DNA of 64,000 bases from Eutreptiella sp. 'Long Island Sound 2002' (Eukaryota; Protista; Euglenida). The position numbers were made by a program, and so were the translations under genes. This document shows, one piece after another, positions 25,854-37,844 of this stretch. The notes beneath the pieces were generated by a model that did not search any database, was not told the DNA's origin, and saw only the letters and a list, made by a program, of their open reading frames with translations. Positions within the stretch are counted from its first letter, which is position 1; each line of letters begins with the position of its first letter. The DNA is taken from assembly GCA_964036045.1 (NCBI GenBank), contig OZ038378.1, positions 182,156,001 to 182,220,000 on the forward strand, written 5' to 3'.

Positions 25854-26390
25854 AATTCGACTTCGTTCAACCTTCCCGTGCTATTGAGGAAACCGGGACA
25901 ATCTTCGTTACGCTTTTGCATTGTGTTGTGCTGTGTTGTGTCGTGTTGTGTTTCGTTGCGTTGCGTAATTGTGAATGTGAATCTGAAATGTGTGCATGCG
26001 TCCATGTGCAGGTGGTCGGATAGGTTGAATCGTTTCAACCATTGGGAATGCCATGCACGCAGTGCGAAGTTTTGAATGTCGGCCAATACTCAGACCCTAC
26101 TTTTGGCCCCTTTTGACAAGTTTTTGGTTCCATACGGGGGTTTTTTTAGCTTCCTATGCATTTGGGATGTGGCACATTTGAATTGTCACCCTTTGTTGCC
26201 CAATGTCAACCATTTTTACCCATTTTGCATCCCCCATATTGAACTCTCCCCACTATGGGGACCCCAAGAAGGCAGGGGTGATGTAGCCATACATAGCCCG
26301 CGGACCTTGAGGAGTTTGTGGTACGGCCTTCATCCCCACCGCATCACTGATCTCGCTCGCCATCAACAAGTGTGTCGTGTCCACGCTCAG

Positions 26391-26550
26391 AATCACCACC
26401 GCCCTCCCCTTCACCCTATTTGCGGTCACCATCACCCTAGAGACCACGGACAACACATTCCCCGCACTCCGAGTCAAGGGACACCTCATCGCCGCCTTCA
26501 AGAGCGAAGCCACGGGCACCGAAACACTCGAAGCAAGCGGATCTTACAAG
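26391..26550 (+). CDS. Orphan candidate exon (ITTALPFTLFAVTITLETTDNTFPALRVKGHLIAAFKSEATGTETLEASGSYK), product unknown
   Basis: CTCAG acceptor at 26390 and AAG|GT donor at 26551. The frame is open over 26311-26631 and has a strong third-position G/C bias (39/53 codons by my count). I recognise no motif. Confidence 0.35.
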
Positions 26551-26642
26551 GTTGAGTGGAGTACCAAGTTGAAGGCAGTTTCGTCGTTCTCATGTGGGCT
26601 TTGCTGCTTCGCTGTGCAACTAGTCAGGTGACGGGTATTCTT

Positions 26643-27702
26643 GGGTGAGTATCCCGGCCTCTGCGTGCGCAGTATGCACGCAGTGCCCACACAGTGCACA
26701 CGCAGTGCGCACACAGTGCAACTACTTGGCCATTGTCCCCACTTCCCATATTTTATGACACACTTTACGGATTCCATGCCGATGAGCTCCATAGGTGGGA
26801 TGTTGTCTGTGGACCTTTGCAACCCAAAGTACACGGCTCACATTTTCAAGGTCACCGTGGCCGTTGATACGTTGGGGAATATTGTATCGATTTGTCCTTT
26901 GGCTCGTGGCACCTCCGCCGATGTATTGATATGGGATGGTTATGGACCTTCCCGCACGCGAGGAGATTTCTTTGATTTTCAGGCTGGCGGCCATAATAGA
27001 GCCTACAAGGGCCGTGTGCATGTCATTGTGCCGTTCATTGGCCGGAAGAATGACACTCTATCGGCAAGGCAACAATCATATAATGTTGTGCATGGATGGT
27101 ACCAGGCCTGAATGGAGCAACTGTTTGCTCATTTGTGGCATTGGGGTTTAATTCGGAACATTTGGTGTGGTGGGCCCAACAAGTTGCATCAATTGGTACG
27201 CATTTTGTTACACTTTACCCAATTTTGCATCCGGAGGCAGGTCCGTTACCCTCTGTATGGTCCGTGGGAACATGTTCCCCCTCATGTTTGGAAGAGCACC
27301 GAAGCAACCGTTGAGGATGACACGCAAGATGATGTTGGGGAGGAGGTTGATATATGTGCATTGTGCTGTCAAAAGCACACTACGACAGAATGTGGTGGAT
27401 GTCATTTGAATTATTGTGCGGAATGTATTGACCCGCACACCTTTGGGGAGAAGACTGTTTATTGATTTATTGAACAGTCTTGCTTGTTCAATTTGAGTGA
27501 ACAAATTTGGTAGAACAAAGTTGTGAAGGTGATTCAGGTATGCTTTTCTTGTTCAATGTTGTGCACAGATGGTTTGTTGCTTCATTGGGTAGGCAAGAGA
27601 CAGCTATTGGTCTACTCAGGGGTTTCATACGGTAATGGTAAACTTGGGTACTCAATCTGGGAAAGTCATCATAACAGTAGCGCGTAGGGCAAACACTCCC
27701 CC
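26643..27702 (+). mobile_element. Decayed Harbinger-like element (copy A) carrying the transposase relic
   Basis: Five 11-bp RCGCAGTGCRC units at 26667-26721 are followed by CTACTTGG, as in copies B and C. The right end reads AGTAG-CGCGTAGGGCAA...CCCCC at 27702. The left boundary is approximate and the TSD is not intact. Confidence 0.6.
26740..27465 (+). pseudogene. 5'-truncated PIF/Harbinger (IS5-like, DDE_Tnp_4-type) transposase relic with C-terminal Cys-rich finger
   Basis: Sequence FTDSMP...PKYTAHIFKVTVAVDTLGNI...GTSADVLIW...GHNRAY...VIVPF...QQSYN...QA*MEQLF follows the Harbinger DDE core. There is an in-frame TGA at 27109-27111 and the DxxY Asp reads as Asn. C-terminal CALC..CGGC..YCAEC. 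Confidence 0.8.
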
Positions 27703-30432
27703 ATAGTGTTCCGGGGCCTGCGCCATGAGCCCCCACCAGCCTTGGGGTCAGCACCACCCTTGGGGATCGACCTTCGCGCTCCGGTGTGGCATTTTGCAGC
27801 GTATTACTGTGCAAGCGCTCACAAGCAATTCATTCGTGTGGGTCCGCTTGCACCCGCTTACGCCCAACAGCCACAGGGCGCCGGGACGCACACCGGCGGC
27901 CAAGCGAAGAAGACGAGGGGAGCCATTCAAGGCCCCAATAGGGAGGCGGCGGCAGGCGAGCGAACCGCACGACAGGGGGCCTGAACTGCGATGAACGGCC
28001 GCTCACTGCGATGAACGGCCGCTCAAGCAGATGCAGCGGTGGGTAAAGCATGTCAGGGACGTGCCAGGATGGAAGTCCCATAACCGTCCGAAAAGGGAGG
28101 TTCTCACTGAGGTGAGGCACCTTCAGGGACCCGGATCTTTTGATTGCTGTGCTACCAGACCTGACTGGTGATCCTGTGCGATAGCTGCTGCCCTGGTGCA
28201 CCTAGAAAATGGGATTTTCTTATCCCCGACACAGACCCGCGCCCCCGCGCAGACTTGGTACACTGGGAGACCGACGAAACATGGCCAAACTGTTGGCATC
28301 CTACCGGCAGATGGCAAGTGCCATGCATGCCGATCAGTGTATATGCCCAGCCGTCACCACCCCTCCAGTGGCTGCAGAGGCACAACCAGCAGCAGCGTGT
28401 GCGCGAGCGCATGTCCGCACGTGCGTGCGTGCCTTTGCCCCTGTGCGCGCATGATCGTGTCATAGAAAGCCAGTGGAGAACCAATACCGGCAAGACCGAG
28501 CTTCGCTTTCACCAGCACACCGCTCGTATGTCCGACGCCTGTCTCCTGCCCTCTGCTGCACGTCCTTCTATTTGTAGGCTTTGGCCCACCACTCCGCAGT
28601 TGAGCTGGCACCAACCCTCCAGAGCACTACAGTCTCCTTCATATCTGCCTCCAGTGTCCGAGATGCACAGTGTAGGTGGGCGGGGGGCGGGGCTGCAAGA
28701 AGTGTAGTGCCGCTGGAAGCTGGCACCAGGGCGCCCACCTGAGCAGGAATCCCAGAGGTGCCACTAATGACAGCTGTGAGGAGTTGCCAGAGCGTAGAGC
28801 ACCATGGAAGGTCCAAACATCGCCCTCAGTGTGAGCGCAGAGCCACCTTGATCAGAGAGTGGAAGAAACACAAATGGTCAGCAGGTGGTGACATGGAGCA
28901 TCGCGACAGGTAGACAACATGTGAAGCAAGCATGGCGCCCGTGTATGACAAGGCCACTACACCCAGATTTCTGTGACACAGCGCTTGTTTGTCGCGTATA
29001 TATCTTGTGTGTGTGTGTGTGTGTGTCCCTGCACGTATGGTTACATTGCAGGAGGGATTTCCAAGACCGATACTCAAGTCCACCACGGCACGGCGTGTAT
29101 GTGATGCCTGTCCTGGGCTGTGCACACCTTCTACACCCTGCCTTCCCACACCCCCTCTGCTGCACTGCAAGGGGTGCATGGGCCGAGAGTGCATCAGCGT
29201 GGAGGCTCCGCATGTTTGTCTCTTGCAGCGCCTGAGTCTGGGGCTGCAGCTCCAACGATAGAATAGGAGCCCCAAGCACTCCAGTCCCGGCGACTCAGCG
29301 GATGGAGTCGCATAAATGTACAGACACTTATTTGTATACGAAGTTGTGGCCACATGCACACTCATATCCCAAACCAAAACAGCGCAAGAGACATTTGAAA
29401 GGCGGAATGAATTCTGTTAACTGACGGCTTGGCGGCCACAGGGTTGCCTCTCGGCTGAGCACCATCTTTCTGTTCTTGACCGCTCAGGTACCATCAGCCT
29501 CCCCGACCATCGCCAATGGAACATCAGTATGTCTTGCACTCACCTGCCCAGAGGGGGTCGTTCCCTATGGAAAGGGGCAAAAGGAAGGGGAGGAACAAGA
29601 GGAAAGAGGAGGGAAAACCGCAACGGCACCCGTTGTCCGATGAAAGCCTGGCAAAACGAGTAGTGTGCCAGGGAGGCACAGCGTTAAACAAACGGTGTGC
29701 CAAGGAGGCACAGGGGATGCTTGGCCTGCGGCTGCGGTCCCTGCATGCCCAGCACCGTTGTGAATAGATCGGCTGGTATTGCAATATGATACGCGGATTT
29801 TGCAGGTTGCACCTCTTTGCCAGACGCTTGCTTTGAGGCATTCTCTGCGGTACAACACACGTGGCCTGGGTGGTGGCGAGGGGGTTCGTGCGGGTCTAAG
29901 CGCCCTCCCATCCTGTCCCTCCAACAGATGCCAAAGCGGCTTGGTTTCGCTGTGACAGAGCGCCATGCCTATGTGCGCACCCACCCACACACGCTGCGCC
30001 CTATGAAGGCCCCCATAGATTAGTTTGCTTTGCTTAGAGGTGTGGGGTGATGCACTACAGCCTCCAACCGAACGAGTCAGGGCTTGTCGCATGCTCCCTT
30101 GGCCCTTCTGGTCTGCAGGTATTCGTCGGCTCCGCCCATGCGTCCTTCGTATCCTTCGTCAACTCCGCCACTTTATGCGAATTCGAATCCTAGTCCCCCA
30201 AGACAACTCAACAGCCCGCCGCCCAGAGGAGGCCTGCAGTATGTGTCATTCTTAGTGCGGTCCCAATGCGGTGTGCACATGCGCCACAGGCAGTGCGACC
30301 GCTGAATACCCCTGTACCCACCCACTGTGAAGGGGCACGCCATGGGACACCCTCCTCCTCACCCCATAGGAGAAGCAGGGTCCTCGCCCTCCGATTCCCC
30401 CCCCCCCCCCCCACGGACCATAAATCGCGTAT

Positions 30433-30710
30433 TTGGGACTGGATTGGATTGGATTGTGCTGGATTGGATAGGATTGGCTTGATCAGATCGGATTGGATGG
30501 GATCAGATGGGTTCGGATGGGAATGGATTGGATAGGTATTCAATTGGATGGGATGGGGGGAGGGGATGGGATGGGATGGGATGGGATGGGATGGGATGGG
30601 ATGGGATGGGAACGGATAGGATTCAATTCGAGTGAAGTTGATGGCGTTGGATTGGATTGAATCGCATTGAATTGGATTGGATGGAATTGGATTGAGTTGG
30701 TTAGGATTGG
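30433..30710. repeat. Pentameric (GGATT/GGATG/GGAAT) satellite
   Basis: Runs of GGATT and GGGAT(G) pentamers. Confidence 0.9.
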
Positions 30711-30734
30711 GGTCCTCCCAAACCGTGCGAAGCC

Positions 30735-30990
30735 ACCCTGCCACCCTAATCCACCCCAGGCCATCCCAGGCATCACTGACCCAACCCAAGCCACCTCTCC
30801 AAGCCAACATAAACCACCCGCAGCCTTCCCAAGCCCCCAAGTCACCACAATTCACCCAAAGTTGTTTGAAGCCCCTGCAAGGCACCTCAAGCCATCCCAA
30901 GCCATCCGAAGACACCCCAAGCCATTCCAGGATACCCCAAGCCACCCCAAGCCATCCTAAGCCACCCTAAGCCTTGTCAAGCCATCCCAA
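30735..30990. repeat. Degenerate CCAAGCCA-core tandem repeat (~20-bp period)
   Basis: Repeated CACCCCAAGCCATCC-like units directly adjoining the pentamer satellite. Confidence 0.75.
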
Positions 30991-33900
30991 ATCCGGACCC
31001 AGTAGCTTGGGGGTGACTTGGGCTGGTTTGGCTTTGATTTTTGGGTGGTTTTAAGTGGCTTGCGGTGGTTCAGGGTTTTTTTGGCTGGCCTACAGTAGCT
31101 CGGGGTCGCCAGGTGCCCCCCTATGTTGCAGGGCACATTGCATGAGCACCCGCTGGCAGTCAAGGCATTGGACATACCAGGTTGCCAAAAAAATCCCCTT
31201 CGCCAAGAGGCAGACAAATGTGGCTGCATGGGCATTCAGTATTGGAGGCCTTCAGCCCATAAACTGGAGCATTTTTGGGGCAATGTCTTGTAGGAGGGTT
31301 GCATTCCCTCCCAATATGCCTAGGGTTGAAATCTCTCAGCTGTGCATCGGTCCCCAGTACAGAGGGACGCCATATTACTACAGTCTTGCATCCATTGGTG
31401 CTTTCGTACGGGTCTTTCGGCGACAGTCTCTGCAGAGCTTTTCGTCACTCAGCGCCTTTTCCATTTTGTTTCACAGTCCCCCCTCATCACCTTCGCGAAT
31501 TGCAAACCCTGACTCAGGAAGCGTAGTCGACACGCGTGCCATGGGTGCTGGTGTCATGCAAGATCCGTTGCTTTTGATCTGTTTTGTTGTCTCATGCGTA
31601 ATAGGGCAGGGATTGGGGTGCACATCTGCATCCCGCGGAGGGATTGCGTTACGATCCCCCTTCAGATGCGGTGGTGAGCCACCTCCAATTTTCCATCTCT
31701 TGAAATGCCTGAATGTGAACCATTACTGGCGCCGGCATTGGACGGACACCAAGGGGACAAAGAAGCATCTCTCTGAACTACTCCGCACACCCAGAAATAC
31801 CCATGGGCACACTCTCTGAGCCTGCTGCCTGTGCACTGGGATGAGGAAATCATGCCTCTTTATTGTACCGTCTGATGGCATGGTCCTACCCGTGATTTGG
31901 CACACTCTTGATGAGCGTAAGCACAAGTCCCGTCTCAAATACCCTCAACCCTTTCTGTTTTGTCCGCTTTGCTCTATTCTCCATTTTCCAGACGCATGCC
32001 CACACGGCCCGTACCGCTGGATGATGTCTACACCCCGTATGTCCCAGCCGATGCACATATCGCAAAAAGCTGTCCCCCTTCCCGTGCCTACACACTTTGC
32101 ACGATTCGTACACACTTTGCACTGTTTGTGTTCAAAATGTCGCAAGCCAATATTTGCGTTCAAAGTGTCCTGAGCCAATGTGTCAATGGTGGCCCCGGCA
32201 TGGTGGACAGTGGGAGAAGGGCAGGGATGTATGAATGGCTGACAACGATAGGAGGAGGGGGGTAACCCCCAACCCCCTTGAACCCCCTTCCCCCCCCATT
32301 GGACCCAGATTTCATGGTGGGGAAACAAGAAATTTACCGAAGGAAAAATTGATTTGGGCCATTTTTGGTACAGAAACCCGGACCCCCCCACCTTCTCCTC
32401 TCTTCTAATGCATCCCTGGATAAGGGAAGTGGTTGTAGACACTGCGCGCAGGTGGCAGTCATTCATGGCAACCTAGCTTTGTGTAGGCAGGATTTTCAGT
32501 CATTCATGGGTGTCCTGTGGCAGAGTTCCGCGGCAAATGAACGCGTGTTTGCGAGCGGTGCGAGCAAATACGCGTTTACGACACTGTCCCACACACTGTG
32601 TAGTCTGTTGTTAGTTGCCAGCAAGGACCAATGGCCCCGCCCACCCGCCCCCCCGTGTCTAATTGAAGCAGTCTTCAGACTGTAATGGCCTTGATTACCT
32701 GTACATATTCCGATCACAGATCACTTAATGCAGGACTGGGCTTTGTCGAAATTGATGTGCAAGCAGTGTTGTGTTGCTACGATGGGATGGCTGTAAACGC
32801 ACGAACAGTAAAGGGGTGGGGCATCAGGGCAGTGGTTTTGGGGGTTTGGAGTATTTCGGCACGTTGGAGCAGTGCACACAGGATTCCTGATTTTGACATG
32901 GCTGTTACACTGGTATGCACGATACACTCGATACATGAGCAGTACAAAACACGGATACCTGTACACACGTATATCGCTTACCAACACCCGTTTTCTCGCG
33001 AATGTCGTAAAGCTTAAAACTGCAGACAGATGGGGCACAAAGGACTGGTTTCGACCCCCCCCCCCCCTGCCTGCACCGTTGCGCCATCGTCATGCAAGAT
33101 ATAGGGCAGGGCGTGGTCTGCACAGTAGTGCACTCAGCGATTTTGCGGTCCGACACGTGCGTCCACCGAACTCCCTTTTTGCTGAGGTCTATACGCAGCG
33201 GATCTGTGTGTGATACTGCCCCAGTTTGTTTCAATGCCCGGGATGTTTTTACCGTATGGCCCGCAGTTTGTGGGCCCAACGTCAGAGCAAACTGACTAAA
33301 GACAGCAACAGGCGACCCCCCCCCCCCCCTTCCCACGCTGCCCCCTCCCCCTTGCCCTGTGCTTTGTGGTTCTGGGAACATAGCAATTTGGTTGACATCT
33401 ACCACACGTCAAGCACAGCGCTGCTGGCCATAACCAACCGTTGACACCTGACGATTATGACCGCCAACAACCGCCAACAATTGCAGGCGGCTTGTATCCA
33501 AGATTGCCATGCACCTGATTCTCTCATCCGCACACATGCTGGCAAGCACCACAAGGATGTTACACTTTGTGTGTGCCTATTTTATTCCAGTAAGTATAGC
33601 ATTCTTCGCCTGCTGAATTTGGCGAACAAAGCTGTGTAGAACCGATTGAGGGTGCTGGCCCGGATAAGGATACTGGCAGCTCCCTTTCTCATTTTTGGGC
33701 AACTGCTTCTTGTGTTTCTACCTTCCTCGAGCAGGATGGATCCAAATTACACCAACGCACACACACCCACACCACCAGCCCACCAACGGGGTCTGTCACA
33801 ACTCCCGCCTTTTTGGGGCGTGCGGGTGAGGGTTAGGGTGAGCGGTCGAAGGGGGATTTGGGGGGGGGGGGGCTGGTTTTGTCCAAGATTGCCACGCGTG

Positions 33901-36900
33901 ATTCTCTCATCCGTACGCAAATGCTGGCAGGCGCTGTGGCTGCGGTTTAGTTGTAGCAATGCATGTGATGGTCTGCTTGAGATGCATTGTGAGCCAATGC
34001 ATGTCATGGGCGTGAGCGGGGGGGGGGGGGGTCGAAGGAACCACAGCAAACGCATGGGCGTCCAGGGGAGTTGGGATTCTGTGTTCAGTCAGGGCTGGCA
34101 ACGCACCGGGGGTTGTTGTGGGCCCGCTGGCGATGGTGCAGTACACCGCCCACAATGGGGGGGGGGGGGGCTGAGACCAATTTGACCCTCATCACTGGCA
34201 GAATGTGGCAGATGGGTCTCCCCTGCATTCTGAGTGGCACCTGTGGCTAAGTGCCACTGAGCCTGCAAAGCCCTGCACACCACAACATTTCTCGGAGTGT
34301 CCGCGAAATTTACCCCACAAAATCCAGAGGCTTCCTTGAATTTGCCACAGCGAAATTTGCCACTGTGAAATTGACTCGGCACGAAATCAACCCCCCCTCC
34401 CCCTGTGTACCTCTGGTACCTCTGGGGCAGCGGGTGGGCATTGTGGGGGTAGAAGCACGAGGAGAAGGGACTGGACGAGCCCTATTCCCGGAATTCGGGA
34501 ATAATGGTACTGTTCTGCACTGCCGCATCAACGGCCCCTGCGACGGAAGGAGGAGTGAGTGCCGTGTCTTATGGTGCTGTGCATTCTGGGCAATGCCGAG
34601 TGCCGGCCCGACCACCGCACGCGTTCGATTGTGCGATGCCGCAGGACCAACGCTCCCCCAAAGCCATCGTGGGATGCACAATCCCCCAAGTATTACGGAA
34701 GGCCTGTGGCACGCCCTCGCTCGCTGTGTGCACTGGAGGGGCGCTGTATGACATGATTTGGTCCCCCTCCCGCTGCTCCTTCAAGACCGGCGATGCTGCG
34801 GGGTATTTGGCTGTTGACCCGGTGCTGGAGTGGGGGGCGGATGGTGGGCGCACGGGTCGCTGTCCCAGCAACAGGGGCCCTCGGGCTTGGGGAAGGGATC
34901 TCGTGCTATTCCGGGGGACTCAGGTCTTTGATGCCGATGGTCGCCTTCAGAGGGCATGCGACCGGGCGCTCGTCGCTGTATAAAATGCCCATGTCTGCCT
35001 TGAGGACCGCAAGTCAGTCACTGCCCGGAACAGGCCCGGGAAGGGAGCGGGGGGGGGGGGGGGGGGGGCAGGAGCTGTGCATTGCGTCCATCTGCGTGTT
35101 GCACTGCGGGGCCCAGGGGCCTGGGGTTTCGGCACAACGGAGAGTGCAATGGCAGCCGGTTTTGGGACACGGGGCGGCATTTGTGAGCACTGAGCCGCAG
35201 CATTTGTATGCACCAAAGGGCCGGCGCAGCCACTGGTGCCCGCCCGCACCGGGGGGGGGGTTATTCAGGGTAGAATTTCTTCTGCGTCACAAATTCTGTG
35301 CAAAATTTTTGTGCGCAATTTGTTCTGTGTTTTGCAGGATTTGCACGGGTATACGTTAGGCTGTGCCTTTACTCACTTGTACCATGCCAGAGGATTTGGT
35401 TAATGATAAGTAGTTTCCCATGGAAGTCACAGAAGTGCTGAAGTGGTCTTTCCTCATTTGTAGTGTTCCTGTGGCATTCAATGGGGTGCAGACAGGAGTG
35501 CCGATTGATGCACAAATAACAGCAACCGTCCACTGTTTCTCATGTTTTCAGAGCAATTTTTCCAACCCTGTCAAACTTGTTCGCTCACTCTTTTAAGAAA
35601 TGGCACGGGTTTTGTCGCGCCAGAATTTATAGATCCGGATTTTCGTCGACACGGAATAGCCCCCCCACCCCCGCGTACCGACCCCCCGACCCTCATTCGC
35701 GTTGTCGTCGATGTTTGGCGCGGACACCGGGGCGGCCGGGGCCGTTCGGCGGAGGGCCTTGGGCCTGTTCCGGACGTACGGCGTCACCAACGCCCGGTGC
35801 ATTGCCTGGCGATCTTTGTGGGGCCAAGGCCCCGGATCAGCCGCCGCCCGCTTGCGCATGACGGCGTTTGGCCGCGGGCCCACTGCTCATGATCGTGGGA
35901 GGCCGCCCTCTCTCTTGTTTAGGGCGCACTCCCCCGATCGCGACAAGGGCTACGGGCGTGTGCCGGCTCGCAATCAACGGTGTGCCCCAGGGCCTGGGGC
36001 GGGCGTTGGCAGGGGCGGTGAGGCTACGGACCGGCGCAGGGTCAGCCTAGACGCCGTGGCACACAGCGAAACGGAGCGACGGGGGGCTGTTCAGGGGCCC
36101 GTAGTGAAGAAATGCCACACGGCGGCCGGGGGGAGGGGCGCGGGGCAAGGGACGAAGGGTGGGGGCTGGGGGTTGAGGTTGAGGGGGTGCCCAGCGCGAG
36201 AGCAAACTCCGATGTGGGGGGCATTGATTCGCTCCCTTTGGGTAGGGCGCATACGGGCAGTGCGCATGCGCCCCTACTGGCCCAGACGGTGAGGTATGAG
36301 CGCCGTATTTTTTTTTGGGGGGGGGCTCGTAATCAAGAAGTGGGGGGTCGGGGCTTGGCTGGGGGATGGTGTTCGCTGTGTGGGGGCATATGGGGCGGGC
36401 GTGGGGGCTATGGGCTGCCTGGGTTCGTGGTGGCGCCACGTGCTGCAGTCTGGTCGCTGACGTGGCAGCCGCTGCCACGAGACCTGTGGGCACCCGAGGT
36501 TTGGGGGTTACAGTGCACAGGTGCGGGGGCACAGCGTTGTGGGCACACATGTCCTGCTGTGGGCGCTCTTGAGGAGGCCCGTGGCGATGTGAGCGCGCAT
36601 GGGGGGGGCGGGTTCTGGAGCGTCGTGGGCGCCCGTGGGCAGGTCCAGGGAGCTGTTCCTGGGGTGGCTGGGAGGGGGGGTCTAGAGGGCTCCGAGTGCC
36701 CACAGGGACACCCGGAGCACTGAGGGCGCTCGTGGGGACATTTGTCGTGCTGTGGGCGCCTGTGGGAAGGGACGGAACGTTGCAAGCGCTCTTCGCGGGT
36801 CTCAAGGGGGGTGCTGCGGGCGATGAAGGGGAGGCCAGGCACACCATCGATGCTCATGGGGGGTGAAGAGGTGGGGTTCTGTTTGTGGTTCTGGTCAGCT

Positions 36901-36963
36901 AAGACAGCAAATGCCCATGGCCCTGCGCCTTGTCTGGTGCACAGGGCCTACTGGAGCGGGCAG

Positions 36964-37335
36964 GCGGCGAGAGGCTCGGCTGAGAGAACGTGGCGGCTGG
37001 AGAGGGGCGGCCGGAGGTTGCTGGTTCGGACCCTGGTACACTGGACCGGGACAGCGGCGAGAGGCTTGGCCCAGAGTCCAGTGGTAGGGGGAGAGAACAT
37101 GGTGGTGGGAGAGCGGCAGTCCGAGGTTGCGGGTTCAAACCCTTGTACAAACTGCAGTGAGCGAGCGGCCAGAGGCTCAACCCAGAGTCTAGTGGTCAAG
37201 GGAGAGAACGTGGCGGATGGAGAGAGCGGCGGTTGGAGGTCAACACTTTGAACCCAGGAACACAACGGAGCGGGCGAGCGGCGAGAGGCTCGGCCTAAAG
37301 ACCGGTGGCCAAGGAAGAGAGCGTGGCAGCCAAAG
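36964..37335 (+). repeat. Tandem array (3.5 units, 90-113 bp) of tRNA-derived, SINE-like units
   Basis: Units begin GCGGC(G/C)AGAGGCT at 36964, 37054, 37165 and 37278. A-box-like CCAGTGGTA/CTAGTGGTCA; B-box-like GGTTCGGACCC and GGTTCAAACCC. Confidence 0.65.
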
Positions 37336-37783
37336 TTAAGTGGCCAGCGGCCCTGCAAGCGCGGGTGAGCCAAGAGAGAGGCTCACCTTGAGTCGGATGA
37401 CGGGAAAAGCACGGGGGTAACACAGCAGATGAAGGGGTGAAGGCTGGCAGTTCGAAACCATGTGCACACTGGAGCTGTATTTTCTTTGGGAGGTGGAGGC
37501 CACAAAGACAGGCTAGAGGCGATGGGTGAAAGGTGACAGGTATCGGCGCTAGAACCGCCTCCCTTCCCCCTGCAATGATGTCCGGTCCGGTGAGGCCCCT
37601 CAGATGAGGGTCAAGGTCGAAAGGGACAAGTAGACGTCGCCCATGAGAAGAGCAGACGGAGTTGAAGGAGACAGTGGCGCCCGTATGGGCGGCAAGGTGG
37701 CCCCGATTGGCCCCGAGAGATTGTGTAGCGCTGGGCGCGGCCAAGAGTGGCACCGCACGCGGCCAAGAGTGGCACCTCAAACC

Positions 37784-37844
37784 GTGTACTAGGGTTCGAA
37801 CCAGCAACCTTCAGCCGCGCACCCACTATGTTGCCACCGAGCTA
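37784..37844 (-). repeat. Inverted tRNA-like/SINE head related to the 36964-37335 units
   Basis: The minus strand reads TAGCTCGGTGG...GAAGGTTGCTGGTTCGAACCCTAGTACAC, nearly identical to the 3' part of unit 1. There is no full cloverleaf. Confidence 0.55.

Noticed and set aside
29520-29920. Minus-strand peptides resembling the end of a CRE/R2-type retrotransposon (IPADLFTTVLGMQ, CRCG)
   Set aside because: The motifs lie in different frames and no RT core is recognisable; too weak to call.
30208-30945. 245-aa minus-strand ORF
   Set aside because: It is a translation of the pentamer and CCAAGCCA satellites (PIPSH, NPIQ repeats) with no coding signal.
31055-31819. 254-aa ORF
   Set aside because: No recognisable domain, splice pattern or codon bias; probably antisense to decayed TE sequence.
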